Part shown: positions 30,136 to 39,362 of the stretch, piece by piece
How positions within the stretch are numbered: the first letter of the stretch is position 1
Layout of the letters: each line of letters begins with the position of its first letter
Origin: Actinomycetota bacterium
GTDB lineage: Bacteria > Actinomycetota > Aquicultoria > Subteraquimicrobiales > UBA9087
NCBI GenBank assembly: GCA_030019215.1
Contig: JASEEZ010000003.1
Location: forward strand, 12,109 to 76,108
Direction: 5' to 3'
DNA length: 64,000 bases
The notes under the pieces: generated by a model
The model's database searches: none
Told to the model about the DNA's origin: nothing
What the model saw: the letters and a program-made list of their open reading frames with translations, nothing else
Position numbers and translations under genes: made by a program

Positions 30136-31137
30136 ATGAAAGAATATAATGTGGCGATCGTGGGAGCCACCGGGGTGGTTGGTGAAGAGATGAGGAAAAT
30201 TCTCGAAGAAAGGAACTTCCCCGTTGCCAACTTAAAACTCCTGGCTTCCGCAAGATCCGCCGGGCGTAGGCTAACCTTTAGAAGAACGGGCATTCTCGTT
30301 GAGGAGCTTTCAGCGGGCTCCTTCAAGGGAGTTGATATCGCCCTGTTTTCAGCCGGTGCCACGGTGAGCAGGGAGTTCGCCCCTCTCGCGGTGAAGGCAG
30401 GGGCTCTGGTCATCGACAACAGCAGTGCTTTCAGAATGGAGCCTGACGTCCCCCTCGTGGTTCCCGAGGTCAACCCGGAGAAGGCGAGGGAACACAAAGG
30501 GATCATCGCCAACCCGAACTGCTCCACCATTCAGATGGTGATGGTCCTCAAACCGCTCCACGCTAGGTCGCGGATAAGGCGGGTGGTGGTCTCCACCTAT
30601 CAGGCTGTTTCTGGTACAGGCAAGGGGGCCGTACGGGAGTTGCTCGGACAGTCGAAGGCGGTTTTGTCCGGGGAGCCGGCAAGGGTGGAGGTTTACCCTC
30701 ATCAAATAGCCTTCAATCTCCTCCCGCATATCGATGTATTCCTAGAGAACGCCTACACCAAGGAGGAGATGAAGATGGTCAACGAGACCAGGAAGATAAT
30801 GGGCGATTCAGGGATGAGGATCACTGCCACCTGTGTCAGGGTTCCGGTTTTCGTCTCCCACTCGGAATCAGTGAATATTGAAACGGAGAAAAAGATAACC
30901 GCCGAGGAGGCTAGGGAGATTCTTGAGAAGGCTCCCGGGGTTGAGGTCATCGACGATCTCGAATCTTGCGCCTACCCCTTGCCCATTTTTGCTGAGGGGA
31001 AGGACCTCTGCTATGTGGGAAGGATTCGTGAGGATGATTCCATCGAAAATGGACTCAATCTGTGGGTCGTCGCTGACAATCTGCGCAAGGGAGCAGCTCT
31101 TAATGCTGTTCAAATAGCTGAACTTTCGATAAAATAG
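30136..31137 (+). CDS. asd: aspartate-semialdehyde dehydrogenase
   Basis: 'MKEYNVAIVGATGVVGEEM'. Catalytic 'IANPNCSTIQMV'. Confidence 0.9.
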   Translation: MKEYNVAIVGATGVVGEEMRKILEERNFPVANLKLLASARSAGRRLTFRRTGILVEELSAGSFKGVDIALFSAGATVSREFAPLAVKAGALVIDNSSAFRMEPDVPLVVPEVNPEKAREHKGIIANPNCSTIQMVMVLKPLHARSRIRRVVVSTYQAVSGTGKGAVRELLGQSKAVLSGEPARVEVYPHQIAFNLLPHIDVFLENAYTKEEMKMVNETRKIMGDSGMRITATCVRVPVFVSHSESVNIETEKKITAEEAREILEKAPGVEVIDDLESCAYPLPIFAEGKDLCYVGRIREDDSIENGLNLWVVADNLRKGAALNAVQIAELSIK

Positions 31138-31235
31138 TTTTGGGGACAGCCTTCAGGGCGGGCCCTCGGGCAGCGGGAAAAACCTGCGGGACCTTTGCGA
31201 GTGGAACCGCAGGTTTTTAAATACAGAGGTTAAAC

Positions 31236-32144
31236 ATGGATAAAGAGGAACGTTTCCAAAAGGGAGAAAAGACGTGCTGGGTTAGTATTTGGGTAAACCT
31301 GGCCCTGACCATTTTTAAGGCATTGGCCGGTATCCTGGGAAGGAGCCAAGCCATGACGGCGGATGCCGCTCACTCCTTCTCCGATATCTGTAGCGATGTG
31401 GTGGCGCTGGTCAGCCTCAAAATAGCTAAAAAACCGGTGGATGAACGCCATCCCTATGGCCATGGAAAGATAGAGGCGATAGCCGCGGCGGCGGTGGGGG
31501 GGATGGTGGCCCTGGTAGGCGTGACCATTTTGTGGATGGCCGTGCAGACCATTCCGGGCAGGGTCATTCGCATTCCCGGGGCAATCGCTCTGGTAGCTGC
31601 GCTTATATCCATACTGGTTAAGGAGGCTTTATTTCAATACACGGTGAGGGTGGGTAAGCGCTTGGGCAGCCCGGTCGTGGTAGCCAATGCTTGGCATCAT
31701 CGTTCTGATGCTTTCTCATCGGTGGTGGCTCTGGTGGGTATCACAGGAGCTCGGATGGGCTATCCCATCTTGGACCCCCTGACGGGAGTCGCGGTTTCGC
31801 TGTTCGTGGTGAAGGTGGCCTATAATATAGTTTTGGGTGCATTTCATCAGCTGATGGACACCTCCCCCGGGGTAGAGGTGTTGGCTAGGATCACGCAGAT
31901 TGCCGAGGAGGTTCCGGGCGTCGAGCACGTTCACGAGATCAAAGCCCGTCGCACGGGGCAATACCTACTCGTGGATTTAAAGTTGGAGGTCGACCCCGGT
32001 ACCAGCGTGGCTATGGGACACACCATCGCCGGCGAGGTCAAACACAAGATCGTGAAGAACATGGGCGATGTGGCGGATGTCATGGTCCACATCAATCCCC
32101 ATAAACATCATCCTCCCCACCGTCATCCGGGAACCACCGATTGA
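31236..32144 (+). CDS. cation diffusion facilitator family transporter (CzcD/FieF-like)
   Basis: 6 TM helices with 'HSFSDICSDVVALVS' and 'HHRSDAFSSVVALVG' metal-site motifs. C-terminal cytoplasmic domain. His-rich tail. Confidence 0.8.
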   Translation: MDKEERFQKGEKTCWVSIWVNLALTIFKALAGILGRSQAMTADAAHSFSDICSDVVALVSLKIAKKPVDERHPYGHGKIEAIAAAAVGGMVALVGVTILWMAVQTIPGRVIRIPGAIALVAALISILVKEALFQYTVRVGKRLGSPVVVANAWHHRSDAFSSVVALVGITGARMGYPILDPLTGVAVSLFVVKVAYNIVLGAFHQLMDTSPGVEVLARITQIAEEVPGVEHVHEIKARRTGQYLLVDLKLEVDPGTSVAMGHTIAGEVKHKIVKNMGDVADVMVHINPHKHHPPHRHPGTTD

Positions 32145-32186
32145 TTTCCTTTCCCCGTCGGAACCTAGACTCGGTGTTAAGTTAGG

Positions 32187-32436
32187 CTCTTCTCCAAAAA
32201 TGGTGGGCAGAAATTGCCAAGGCGAGATAAAGTGCGGAGAGAACTTTAGGATTCAAGGATCCAAGTGGTCAAGGGGTCTAGTGAAAGTCTTGCAAAATAA
32301 ATCACCTGAATCCTAGGACCCCAGAATCCTTGAATCCTTCTGTAAGAAATTTTTGCCTCCTCGAATCCTTTCATGAACCACTCTTTTGGATGAGAACGAG
32401 ATTAATAATTTTATCCACTAAAAATGGGGAAGAACC
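32187..32436. repeat. ~230 bp repeat element, copy 1 (termini CTCTTCTCCAAAAATGGTGGG ... TTATCCACTAAAAATGGGGAAGAACC; interior GAATCC word repeats)
   Basis: Aligns end-to-end with 58488-58691, with shared blocks 'GAGAACTTTAGGATTCA', 'CAAGGGGTC.AGTGAAA' and 'ACTCTTTTG'. It abuts the start of the helicase gene. Confidence 0.65.
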
Positions 32437-32457
32437 TTGAGTTATAATTTAAGAGGA

Positions 32458-34731
32458 ATGGACCCATTGGCGTTTGTGGACTCGATCAAGAGCAATCCCA
32501 CTTACAAGGGGCAGATCGTCCACGTGGAGAGAATTCCTCCCAGAGAAGCAATCTTCGGAAAGCCGGAGCACCCTCTGCCTTCCCGAATCAAACAGCGCTT
32601 GGCTGATCTGGGGATCACTGAATTATATGGTCACCAGGCTAGGGCCATCGACCTCGTCCGTCAAGGGAAGAACGTGATCGTAGTCACTGGCACGGCGAGC
32701 GGCAAGAGTCTTTGCTACAATGTTCCCGTCTTGGAGGCCATTTTGGAGAACGCCAAGAACACCGCCTTCTATCTCTTTCCCACCAAGGCTTTGGCCCAGG
32801 ATCAACTCAGGGTTCTTGGGGAGTTTGATTTGGCCCCTCTGGTTTCGGTTACCTACGACGGAGATACCCCCGGCGATGAAAGAGTTTGGATTAGGCGCAA
32901 TGCCAATGTGGTCCTCACCAATCCAGACATGCTCCACTATGGGATCTTGCCCAATCACAGGATGTGGGGGAATTTTCTTCTCAATCTCAGGTACGTCGTT
33001 GTGGACGAGGCACATGTCTTTCGCGGTGTCTTCGGTTCCAACGTGGCCAACCTGATCAGGCGTCTGAGGAGGCTCTGCAAGCACTACCGCTCTAACCCTC
33101 AGTTCACCCTGTCCTCGGCGACCGTGGCCAATTCCGGAGAGCATGCCCGAAGGCTGACCGGACTTGAAGTCGAGGTCGTTGACGAGGATTGTTCCCCCCA
33201 CGGAGAAAAGTTCTTCCTATTCTGGAATCCACCCTATCTCGATGAGGCCAAGGAGAGGCGTCGGAGTTCCAACTCGGAGGCCGCTCACCTTTTCGCCTCG
33301 CTCGTTAAGAGTGGCGTCAGGAACATCACCTTCAGCAAATCTCGCCAGACGGCGGAGCTCGTCTTCAAATACGCTCGCGAAGAGCTTAAGGGCAGTCCGG
33401 AACTGTTGGATAGGATGAGGTCGTACCGAGCTGGATATCTGGCCCCCGAGCGCCGGGAGATCGAGCGAGGGCTCTTCGGTGGAGAGCTTTTGGGGGTGAG
33501 CTCCACCAATGCACTGGAGCTTGGGGTGGATATCGGCACTTTGGATGCCTGTGTGATCAATGGATATCCGGGAACCATCGCTTCCACCTGGCAACAGGCT
33601 GGGAGAGCGGGCCGCAAGCGGGGAAGTTCTCTGGCCATCCTGTTGGCCCAGGATGACCCCCTGGATCAGTATTACATGAAGCACCCCGAGGCCTTCTACG
33701 GCAAGAGCTGTGAGGAGGCCATCGTGGATTTCGAGAATCCCTCCATCTTCTTCCAGCACCTTACATGTGCCGCTTGTGAACTTCCCTTAACCAAAGAGGA
33801 TGAGGAGTTCTTCGGTCGTGCCTATCCTGAAATGGTCAAATCTCTCCTCTCTCGGGGGGAGCTCATGGAGAGAAAGTCTAGGTGGTTCTGGGTGGGGCGG
33901 AGGGTTCCTGCCCAGGAGACCAACATCCGTTCCGCCTCTCGGGATGTCTACTCCATAGTCGAGCTGGAAACGGGGGCCCTTCTCGGAACCATAGACTCCA
34001 CCACCACCTTCATTTACGTCCACCCGGGGGCCATCTATCTCCATCAGGGCGATTCCTACCTGGTGGTCGATCTGGACTTGGCTGCTAAGGTTGCCTTTGT
34101 GGAGAGAGCCTGCGGCGATTACTACACTCAGCCCAGGGAAGAGACGAGTCTGGTTGTTCTGGGGGAAGATTTGCGGAGAGAAATTGGCCGGACGAGGGTC
34201 TGCTTCGGGCGAGTCGATGTCACCAGCCATGTCATCGCCTTCCAGCGAAAGCGAATCTTCACGGGTGAGGTTTTGGGGACGGAGAAGCTGGATTTGCCGC
34301 CCCAGCGCTTTAAGACGGAGGCCTTCTGGTTTACCATCCCGGATGATGTCCTCTCCCAGCTTGCCCCGAGTGAGCGGGAGCTGGCCGGGGGCATTCACGC
34401 TGTAGAACACGCCGCCATCGCTCTGCTCCCCATGTACGCGATGTGCGATAGGTGGGACATTGGCGGGGTCTCCACCCCATTCCATCCACACACGGGCTTT
34501 CCATCCATCTTCATCTACGATGGTTTTGAGGGCGGAGTAGGAATCGCTGCCCGCGGATATGATCTCTGTGAGAATCTTTTAAAGGAGACCTTGAGCCACA
34601 TCGGGGACTGCGAATGCAAGGTGGGTTGCCCTTCCTGCATCCAGTCACCCAAGTGTGGAAACTGGAATGAACCCCTGGATAAAAAGGTGGCCATCGAGAT
34701 TTTGGAGAAAATATTAGGGAGGGGTAGGTAG
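32458..34731 (+). CDS. ATP-dependent helicase of the YprA/MrfA family (DEAD/DEAH helicase plus C-terminal DUF1998 zinc-ribbon domain)
   Basis: Walker A 'GTASGKS'. 'LFPTKALAQDQ'. 'VVDEAH'. C-terminal 'CECKVGCPSCIQSPKCGNWNEPLD' (DUF1998 4-Cys). ATG 32458 aligns with the Bacillus YprA N-terminus; TTG 32437 is the alternative. Confidence 0.8.
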   Translation: MDPLAFVDSIKSNPTYKGQIVHVERIPPREAIFGKPEHPLPSRIKQRLADLGITELYGHQARAIDLVRQGKNVIVVTGTASGKSLCYNVPVLEAILENAKNTAFYLFPTKALAQDQLRVLGEFDLAPLVSVTYDGDTPGDERVWIRRNANVVLTNPDMLHYGILPNHRMWGNFLLNLRYVVVDEAHVFRGVFGSNVANLIRRLRRLCKHYRSNPQFTLSSATVANSGEHARRLTGLEVEVVDEDCSPHGEKFFLFWNPPYLDEAKERRRSSNSEAAHLFASLVKSGVRNITFSKSRQTAELVFKYAREELKGSPELLDRMRSYRAGYLAPERREIERGLFGGELLGVSSTNALELGVDIGTLDACVINGYPGTIASTWQQAGRAGRKRGSSLAILLAQDDPLDQYYMKHPEAFYGKSCEEAIVDFENPSIFFQHLTCAACELPLTKEDEEFFGRAYPEMVKSLLSRGELMERKSRWFWVGRRVPAQETNIRSASRDVYSIVELETGALLGTIDSTTTFIYVHPGAIYLHQGDSYLVVDLDLAAKVAFVERACGDYYTQPREETSLVVLGEDLRREIGRTRVCFGRVDVTSHVIAFQRKRIFTGEVLGTEKLDLPPQRFKTEAFWFTIPDDVLSQLAPSERELAGGIHAVEHAAIALLPMYAMCDRWDIGGVSTPFHPHTGFPSIFIYDGFEGGVGIAARGYDLCENLLKETLSHIGDCECKVGCPSCIQSPKCGNWNEPLDKKVAIEILEKILGRGR

Positions 34732-34781
34732 TCCATTTCTGTTGTCCATCGACCACCCTAGCCCTCAAAGGGGGTGACCCA

Positions 34782-35252
34782 ATGTACATTGGTGTGATCG
34801 GCGCCGGACGGTGCGATGCGAGAACCTTCGATATCGCTTATGAAGTTGGCAAGCTCGTTGCACAGAGGGGGGCTATTTTGGTCTGTGGTGGCCTGGGGGG
34901 AGTGATGGAGGCCGCCTGCAAGGGAGCCAAGAGCAAAGCGGGCTTAACGCTCGGCATTCTTCCCTCCGAAGACAGAAAACAGGCCAATCCATATGTGGAT
35001 GTGGCCGTTCCCACAGATCTGGGCGAGGCCAGAAATGCTCTGGTGGTTCGAGCGGCCGATGTGCTCATCGCCGTTGGTGGGGAGTTTGGCACGTTGTCCG
35101 AGATTGCTTTGGCTTTGAAGATTGGAAAACCCGTCGTTGGCATCGGCACTTGGGAATTGGCCAAAAGGGGTAGACCTATCGAGGCCATTCTGGTTGCCAA
35201 GGATCCTCACGAGGCCGTAGAAAGAGCCTTTCAGGCGTTCTTGAAGTCTTGA
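34782..35252 (+). CDS. TIGR00725/LOG-like Rossmann-fold nucleotide-binding protein
   Basis: 156 aa. 'IGVIGAGRCD...ILVCGGLGGVMEAACKGA...IAVGGEFGTLSEIALA' is the LOG/SLOG pattern. Confidence 0.65.
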   Translation: MYIGVIGAGRCDARTFDIAYEVGKLVAQRGAILVCGGLGGVMEAACKGAKSKAGLTLGILPSEDRKQANPYVDVAVPTDLGEARNALVVRAADVLIAVGGEFGTLSEIALALKIGKPVVGIGTWELAKRGRPIEAILVAKDPHEAVERAFQAFLKS

Positions 35253-35388
35253 GCCCCGTAAATATACGGGGTGAAAGGCGGTGGGAACTTCAATGGTTTG
35301 TCAGCCAGACTGGGCGATGTTATACTGAGTTTACTCGTATCGGGCGGTTCTTTTTCTGCCCTGGAGGGAAATTTCTTCTCGGGAGAGG

Positions 35389-35895
35389 TTGTCGATGAAA
35401 ACCAGCGTCGATGTGCATAACTTTTTGCAGTCTCTGGAGGTCCCCCATGAGATTTTCTTGCTGAGGAGCCCCGTCAAAACCGCGAAAGGGGCGGCCGTTA
35501 TCCTGGGGCTGAAAACTTCCGAGATCCTCAAGTCAGTTTTGTTCCTCGCTGATGAAAAACCCATATTGGTTATCCTTCCCGGGGATAAGAAGGTGAGTTA
35601 CAAGAAGTTGAAGAAACTACTGGGCGCCTCTCGCATTCGATTGGCCACCACCCGGGAGGTAATGAATTTAACCGGCTACATAATCGGGGCTACACCTCCC
35701 CTCGCGCACCAGACTTCCCTCCTCAGCCTGATCGATGGGGATGTCATGAAGTGCGATGTCGTCTACACTGGTGGCGGGGAACTGAATGCCATGCTCAAGA
35801 TGAGAGCGGAGGATCTGAAGCAGGTGACCAATGGTGAGGTGGTAGACGTGGCCGACCCGCTCAAAGAAACACCCCGAACGTTTTTGGAAAGTTGA
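35389..35895 (+). CDS. YbaK/ProX-family aminoacyl-tRNA deacylase
   Basis: 168 aa. 'KSVLFLADEKPILVILPGDKKVSYKKLKKLLG' YbaK/EbsC editing-domain pattern. Confidence 0.7.
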   Translation: MSMKTSVDVHNFLQSLEVPHEIFLLRSPVKTAKGAAVILGLKTSEILKSVLFLADEKPILVILPGDKKVSYKKLKKLLGASRIRLATTREVMNLTGYIIGATPPLAHQTSLLSLIDGDVMKCDVVYTGGGELNAMLKMRAEDLKQVTNGEVVDVADPLKETPRTFLES

Positions 35896-36073
35896 TGCAT
35901 CTTGACAGCGTTCTATGGTTTGGGTAACTTAGGTGGTTAGCTTTCCCGAGTCCTCTTTTGGGCGCACTTCAAGAACCGGCTTTGGTTTGCCATCAAACGG
36001 AGGTGTTTGGGGGAGATTCTTTCAGGGGCGAAGGCGTTGTAAAAATTAGAGGGGCAAAGCATGAGGTTCTTAA

Positions 36074-37879
36074 ATGGAGATCATCGAAACCCCCGAAGGA
36101 CGTTGCAAGCAGTGTTATGCCTGTGTTCGCCTCTGTCCCGTTAAAGCCATAAAGGTTGGCCAGGGACAGGTGAAAGTCGATAGCAAAAAATGCATTTTTT
36201 GCGGTCGCTGTATAGTCGCTTGTTCCCGAGGAGCCAAGGTTGTCGTCTCGGAGAGGGAGGCGGTCGAGGATTTGTTGGCCAAGGGCCAGGCCGTGGCAAT
36301 CCTGGCTCCCGAGTATGTGGCCTACTTTCATCCCACCGATCCCCTCAGAGTTCAAGCTGCCCTGTTGAAAATGGGTTTTCATGTTGTTGAGGATACTATC
36401 GTCGGCGAGGAGCTCGTGGCCGATGAGTATCTGCGCTTGTTCCGGGAGTCTAAGGAGCCCGTCATCCGCTCCGCTTGCCCAGTCATCGTGGAATGGGTGG
36501 AAAAGTACTTCCCCGACCTCCTCTCTTATCTTGCCCCCCTCGTTTCCCCACCCATAGCTCAGGGAAGATTGTGCAAGGAGATTTATGAGGGTGCCGCCAC
36601 GGTCTACATCGGTCCCTGCCTGGCCGTGAAGGCAGAGGCCAGAGCGGAGGGCCTTGAGGAGGCTCTCGATGCCGTCTTGACCTTTCCCGAGCTGGAGGAG
36701 GTGTTCAAGGGGGCGAAGATCGACCCAAAGTCTTTAAAGGGACTTCCTGCCGAAAAAAAGACCTCCAAATTGGCTGGCTTGCGCATTCTCCCTCAAAGGG
36801 TTTCCCTCTTCGGGGGTTTCCCTCGGGAGGAGATCGCCAGGAGAAGTCTCTTAGACCGCGATATTCGAGTGGTAAGGGATGTGGGCGAGATGCAACCCTT
36901 GGTGGAGGCCTTTGGCCGGAAAGAGGTGAAACCCAAGATAATCGATGCCCTGAGCTGTGATGGTTGTCTGGCCAGCCCCTTGATGGGAAACTCCCCGCGG
37001 CTAGCTATAAGTAAACTGAGCCTCTTTGCGAGGCGAAAGGTTGTGGAGAGGCACTACCAGAAATTGGCGAAGGGGGCGAGGAGCGCCGAAGATCGCACCA
37101 AAATACTTTCGGGGTTACCCTCCATCGAGATGGGGAGGAAATTTTCGTCCAAGAAGGTGGACTTTCCTCTGCCTCATGAAAGAGAGCTCAAGGAAATTTT
37201 GGCTTCCGGGAAGATCAAATCGGTGGAAGACATCCTCGATTGTGGCGCTTGTGGTTATGATACCTGCGAGGCCACGGCAATCGCCATTTATCAGGGGGAT
37301 GCGGAATGGGGGATGTGCTTTCCCCATCAAAGAGAGGAAATGGTTCGCCTAATGAAAGCCCTGGAGAAAACCTCCATAACCGATGGGGTGACCGGCTTGT
37401 TCAACTACCATGGTTTGACCCACTGTGTGGGGAAGGAGATCAAGCGATGTCAAAGATATCAGGATACTTTTTCGGTGATCATCTTTGACGTCGATTACTT
37501 CAAGCTCATCAACGACACGTACGGGCACGTGAAGGGCGACTTATTGCTCAAGCTTATTGCTGATGTCTTAAGGCAGAATTTGCGGGAGGCGGACTCCGCA
37601 GCTCGCCAGGGAGGCGATGAGTTCACGGTGGTCCTGCCGGAGACGACAAAAACGGAAGCATTCGCCGTGGGGGAGAAGCTTCGTCAGAGGGTCGGTGAGG
37701 TCTCCTTCAAATTAGATAGTAAGGAAAAGGTGAAGGCCACCATAAGCCTGGGCATCGCCGGTTATTCGCCCGGGATAGCGAATCCCGAAGAGTTGATGGA
37801 GTTGGCCGATCAGGCCATGTACAAGGCCAAGAAGAGTGGCAGAAATTGTGTCTACATTGCTCCCGATAAGGGTGTCTGA
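36074..37879 (+). CDS. [FeFe]-hydrogenase-like iron-sulfur sensory domain fused to a GGDEF diguanylate cyclase
   Basis: N-terminus has two ferredoxin-like CxxCxxC sites ('CKQCYACVRLCP', 'CIFCGRCIVAC'). Degenerate H-cluster-like motifs ('SACPVIVEW', 'GPCLAVKAE', 'LSCDGCLASPLMG'). Cys-rich 'CGACGYDTCEA'. C-terminal GGDEF with 'RQGGDEFTVVLPE'. Confidence 0.7.
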   Translation: MEIIETPEGRCKQCYACVRLCPVKAIKVGQGQVKVDSKKCIFCGRCIVACSRGAKVVVSEREAVEDLLAKGQAVAILAPEYVAYFHPTDPLRVQAALLKMGFHVVEDTIVGEELVADEYLRLFRESKEPVIRSACPVIVEWVEKYFPDLLSYLAPLVSPPIAQGRLCKEIYEGAATVYIGPCLAVKAEARAEGLEEALDAVLTFPELEEVFKGAKIDPKSLKGLPAEKKTSKLAGLRILPQRVSLFGGFPREEIARRSLLDRDIRVVRDVGEMQPLVEAFGRKEVKPKIIDALSCDGCLASPLMGNSPRLAISKLSLFARRKVVERHYQKLAKGARSAEDRTKILSGLPSIEMGRKFSSKKVDFPLPHERELKEILASGKIKSVEDILDCGACGYDTCEATAIAIYQGDAEWGMCFPHQREEMVRLMKALEKTSITDGVTGLFNYHGLTHCVGKEIKRCQRYQDTFSVIIFDVDYFKLINDTYGHVKGDLLLKLIADVLRQNLREADSAARQGGDEFTVVLPETTKTEAFAVGEKLRQRVGEVSFKLDSKEKVKATISLGIAGYSPGIANPEELMELADQAMYKAKKSGRNCVYIAPDKGV

Positions 37880-37996
37880 TCCACTGGCCAGGAACCAGAG
37901 TTCAGGGGCCAGCCTTCAGCTACCAGTCACCAGGTACGAGGCACAAGGAACCAGGAACCAGGAACCAGGAACATCTGTCATCCGACAAGATCGTTT

Positions 37997-39016
37997 ATGA
38001 AGAAAGCCATTCTCCATACGAGACTGAAGGACAATAAGGTAAAATGCAACGTTTGTCCGAGGCGGTGTACCATCGCTCCGGATAAGCGCGGTTATTGCGG
38101 GACCAGGCTAAACAGAGGGGGAACCCTGTACACTCTGATTTATGGCAAGGCCTCCTCTATCGCTGCCGACCCCATCGAGAAGAAACCCCTTTTTCATTTC
38201 TATCCCGGCAGTTCCGTTCTTTCCTTCGGTACGCTGGGATGTAATCTCAGGTGCAAGCATTGTCAGAACTGGCAGATCGCTCACGCCGAACCGGATCTTG
38301 AGGGAAGGGGGCTGACCGATGTCTCTCCCGAGGAGGCCGTGCGGCTGGCCGAGAGATATGGTTGTCGGGGAATTGCCTGGACATACAACGAGCCCATCAT
38401 CTGGCTTGAGTATACTCTGGACACGGCCAAACTCTGCAAGGAGCACGATCTGTACACCGTTTACGTCACCAACGGCTACATAGCCCCCGAAGCTCTCGAT
38501 GCCATGGGGCCCTACCTCGACGCTTTCAGGGTGGACGTCAAGGGGTTCAGCAATGATTTTTACAGGTGGCTTGCCCAGGTGCCCGACTTCACCCCCATCC
38601 TTGAGGCCGCCATCCGGGCTAAGGAGAAATGGAATATGCACGTGGAGGTGGTGACGAATATAATCCCCACGCACAATGATGACGAGGGGCAACTTCGGGG
38701 AATCGCCAGATGGATTCGAGAATCCCTTGGTGCTCTCACCCCCTGGCATGTGACCCGCTTCTACCCCTATCTTGAGCTCTCGCATCTCTATCCAACACCC
38801 GTTGAAACCATCGAGCGGGCCAGGGAGATAGGCTTCGAAGAGGGGCTCTGCTTCGTCTACGTGGGCAATATCCCGGGACACCCCGGTGAACATACCCAGT
38901 GCTACAACTGCAAAAACCTGGTCATCGAGAGAAGAGGCTACTCTCTTGGGAGGTACGAGGTCGAGGACGGGAAGTGTAACTTCTGTGGCGCCGATTTGAA
39001 TATAGTCGGCGGCTAA
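37997..39016 (+). CDS. radical SAM enzyme, AmmeMemoRadiSam-system type (AmrS / PFL-activase-like)
   Basis: 339 aa. 'CNLRCKHCQNW' CxxxCxxC radical SAM motif. N-terminal 'CNVCPRRCTI...GYCG' auxiliary Cys cluster typical of AmrS. No AMMECR1 or Memo partner in the window. Confidence 0.65.
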   Translation: MKKAILHTRLKDNKVKCNVCPRRCTIAPDKRGYCGTRLNRGGTLYTLIYGKASSIAADPIEKKPLFHFYPGSSVLSFGTLGCNLRCKHCQNWQIAHAEPDLEGRGLTDVSPEEAVRLAERYGCRGIAWTYNEPIIWLEYTLDTAKLCKEHDLYTVYVTNGYIAPEALDAMGPYLDAFRVDVKGFSNDFYRWLAQVPDFTPILEAAIRAKEKWNMHVEVVTNIIPTHNDDEGQLRGIARWIRESLGALTPWHVTRFYPYLELSHLYPTPVETIERAREIGFEEGLCFVYVGNIPGHPGEHTQCYNCKNLVIERRGYSLGRYEVEDGKCNFCGADLNIVGG

Positions 39017-39077
39017 TCTCACCTTTTGCCACTCGTTCCGAGTTCCGTTATTAGGAATTAGTTATTCGAAATTCGTC

Positions 39078-39215
39078 TGTCAGCTTAGAGCTCGGAGTTT
39101 AGAGCTTAGAGAAAAATCTTTTGTCTCTACGCTCTCTGCTCCCTGCTCTCTGCTTTCCTCGTTATTCGTCCTTTCGCCCTTCGTCCCTGACCCCTGGCCT
39201 CTGTCAACCGTCAAC
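39078..39215. repeat. ~135 bp repeat element, copy A (CAGCTTAGAGCTCGGAG...CTCTACGCTCTCTGCTCCCTGCTCTCTGCTTTCCTCGTTATTCGTCC...CCTGGCCTCTGTCA)
   Basis: About 95% identical to the reverse complement of 54062-54200. The termini are shared with a diverged third copy at 61141-61380. Confidence 0.7.
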
Positions 39216-39362
39216 CAACTTTGTGTCCCCACATATCTCTATTAATCTCAATTTATCTCCACGAATCCCCATCTCGCCGAAATCCAGCATCCAACCGCCA
39301 ACTAGTTTTAGAAGGTGTTCCTCTTTTTTACCCGAAATATAAATTGAAAAGGGGCGGGGAGA

